A stretch of DNA of 64,000 nucleotides, taken from assembly GCA_964270895.1 (NCBI GenBank), contig OZ185438.1. The stretch is one strand, 5' to 3'. How positions within the stretch are numbered: position 1 is the first letter of the stretch; the number at the start of each line of letters is the position of its first letter. Positions 62,959-64,000 of this stretch are shown in pieces. The notes under the pieces were generated by a model, which was not told the origin of the DNA, ran no database searches, and saw only the letters and a program-made list of their open reading frames with translations. Source of the stretch: Podarcis filfolensis (lineage: Eukaryota). The position numbers and the translations under genes are program-made.

Positions 62959-64000
62959 TCCTAAATGCTTGTCCTTATATGGTCAAAAACGGCACACATA
63001 AGAGGGAGGTTTTAGTGGGCTCAGGGAACCCCTGGGGTTTGCAGAGATGCAATACCCCTGCAGAAAAAGGAAGAGCAAATGCAGTCCAATGTGGATTGAA
63101 CATGCTCAGTGCCCACAGAATATTTGTTGACCAATGGGAGGGAGGAGAGAATGGAATGTATGCTAGCCTGGCTGAAACCTTGAACAGGAACACTCCACCA
63201 AACACTGTTTTATTGTGGTTCTCACTTGTGACTAGCAGCTCTGTTAGAAAAGCTGCTAAAATAGTGCGGACAGAGTCAAGAGAGAAAAGAAATCCTGGGA
63301 ACAGGTTACTGAGGAAACTGAACAAAAACAGTGCATAATTTGAGGAGAAATAGATAATGAGGTTTTGTCTTTCTTACTTCAGGCCTCGTAGGGAGACATT
63401 CAGTCAAACACACAGAGTAAAAGTTTCATCAGAACTTCACAGCCAATCAGAGCACATGAAATCTGAACAAATACTGTGCCACTCAGCTGGCTGCTAAGCA
63501 ACACCTTCACCACTATGTCTCTCTGGGTTAGCCAACATTAACACAAACAGAGTTGACTTTTACATTACAAATGGAATGACCCCCAGTGTTGCACTTCGAA
63601 CAAGCTACTGATAGATTTCTCATCCAGGAACATGTCTTAAATTCCTCTTCAAGCCACCTATGTCAATGGTTATCACCACAAATTGTGGAAGTGACTTCCA
63701 TAAATTAATTCTGCAAAGTAAAGAAGTATTTTTGGAGTTTCCTTAAACTAGACTAGCATGTCTAGACAGACCAGGTACTGCTCTAACTCTGATCAACAAC
63801 AGTTAAATATACACTAGTCTGAAATTGTGGACAGATTGTTGTGATAACATTTCTGTGAACTTACCCATCTACCAAGAGGGGAAAAACGAACCCATTCCTC
63901 AGTGTCCTTGTACTGTATATAATTTTCAATTATCTCAATTTTCTGACTTTCAAGCACTTTTTCGAGAAATGTATATGTCAAAAGAAAATTCATCAACAAA

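Overview
Eukaryotic genomic DNA, not prokaryotic. The repeat complement (Sauria SINE, BovB, CR1, L2, L1-clade, Penelope, lacertid-type SINEs and MITEs) points to a squamate, most likely a lacertid lizard. The only supportable protein-coding feature is the first coding exon of a signal-peptide gene on the minus strand (3617-3509, in a CpG island at about 3000-4400), best matching DCBLD2/ESDN. Bases 1-3508 are its intron 1; everything beyond about 4400 is upstream intergenic DNA packed with transposon remnants, many with readable target-site duplications (TSDs). Almost all ORFs in the supplied track are spurious or TE-derived. Most interesting: (i) a TSD-flanked Penelope-derived insert with a perfect 66-bp inverted repeat carrying a minimal hammerhead ribozyme motif (41809-42035); (ii) an apparently lost upstream ATG of the very long DCBLD2 signal peptide, plus an overlapping uORF; (iii) two perfect estrogen-response palindromes; (iv) a 685-bp TSD-flanked, polyadenylated retro-insert of unknown family; (v) a possible decayed R2-like fragment outside rDNA; (vi) a local duplication preserving empty MITE sites. 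I see no convincing evidence of a wholly new multi-gene system. Family assignments are from memory of consensus sequences and were not database-checked.
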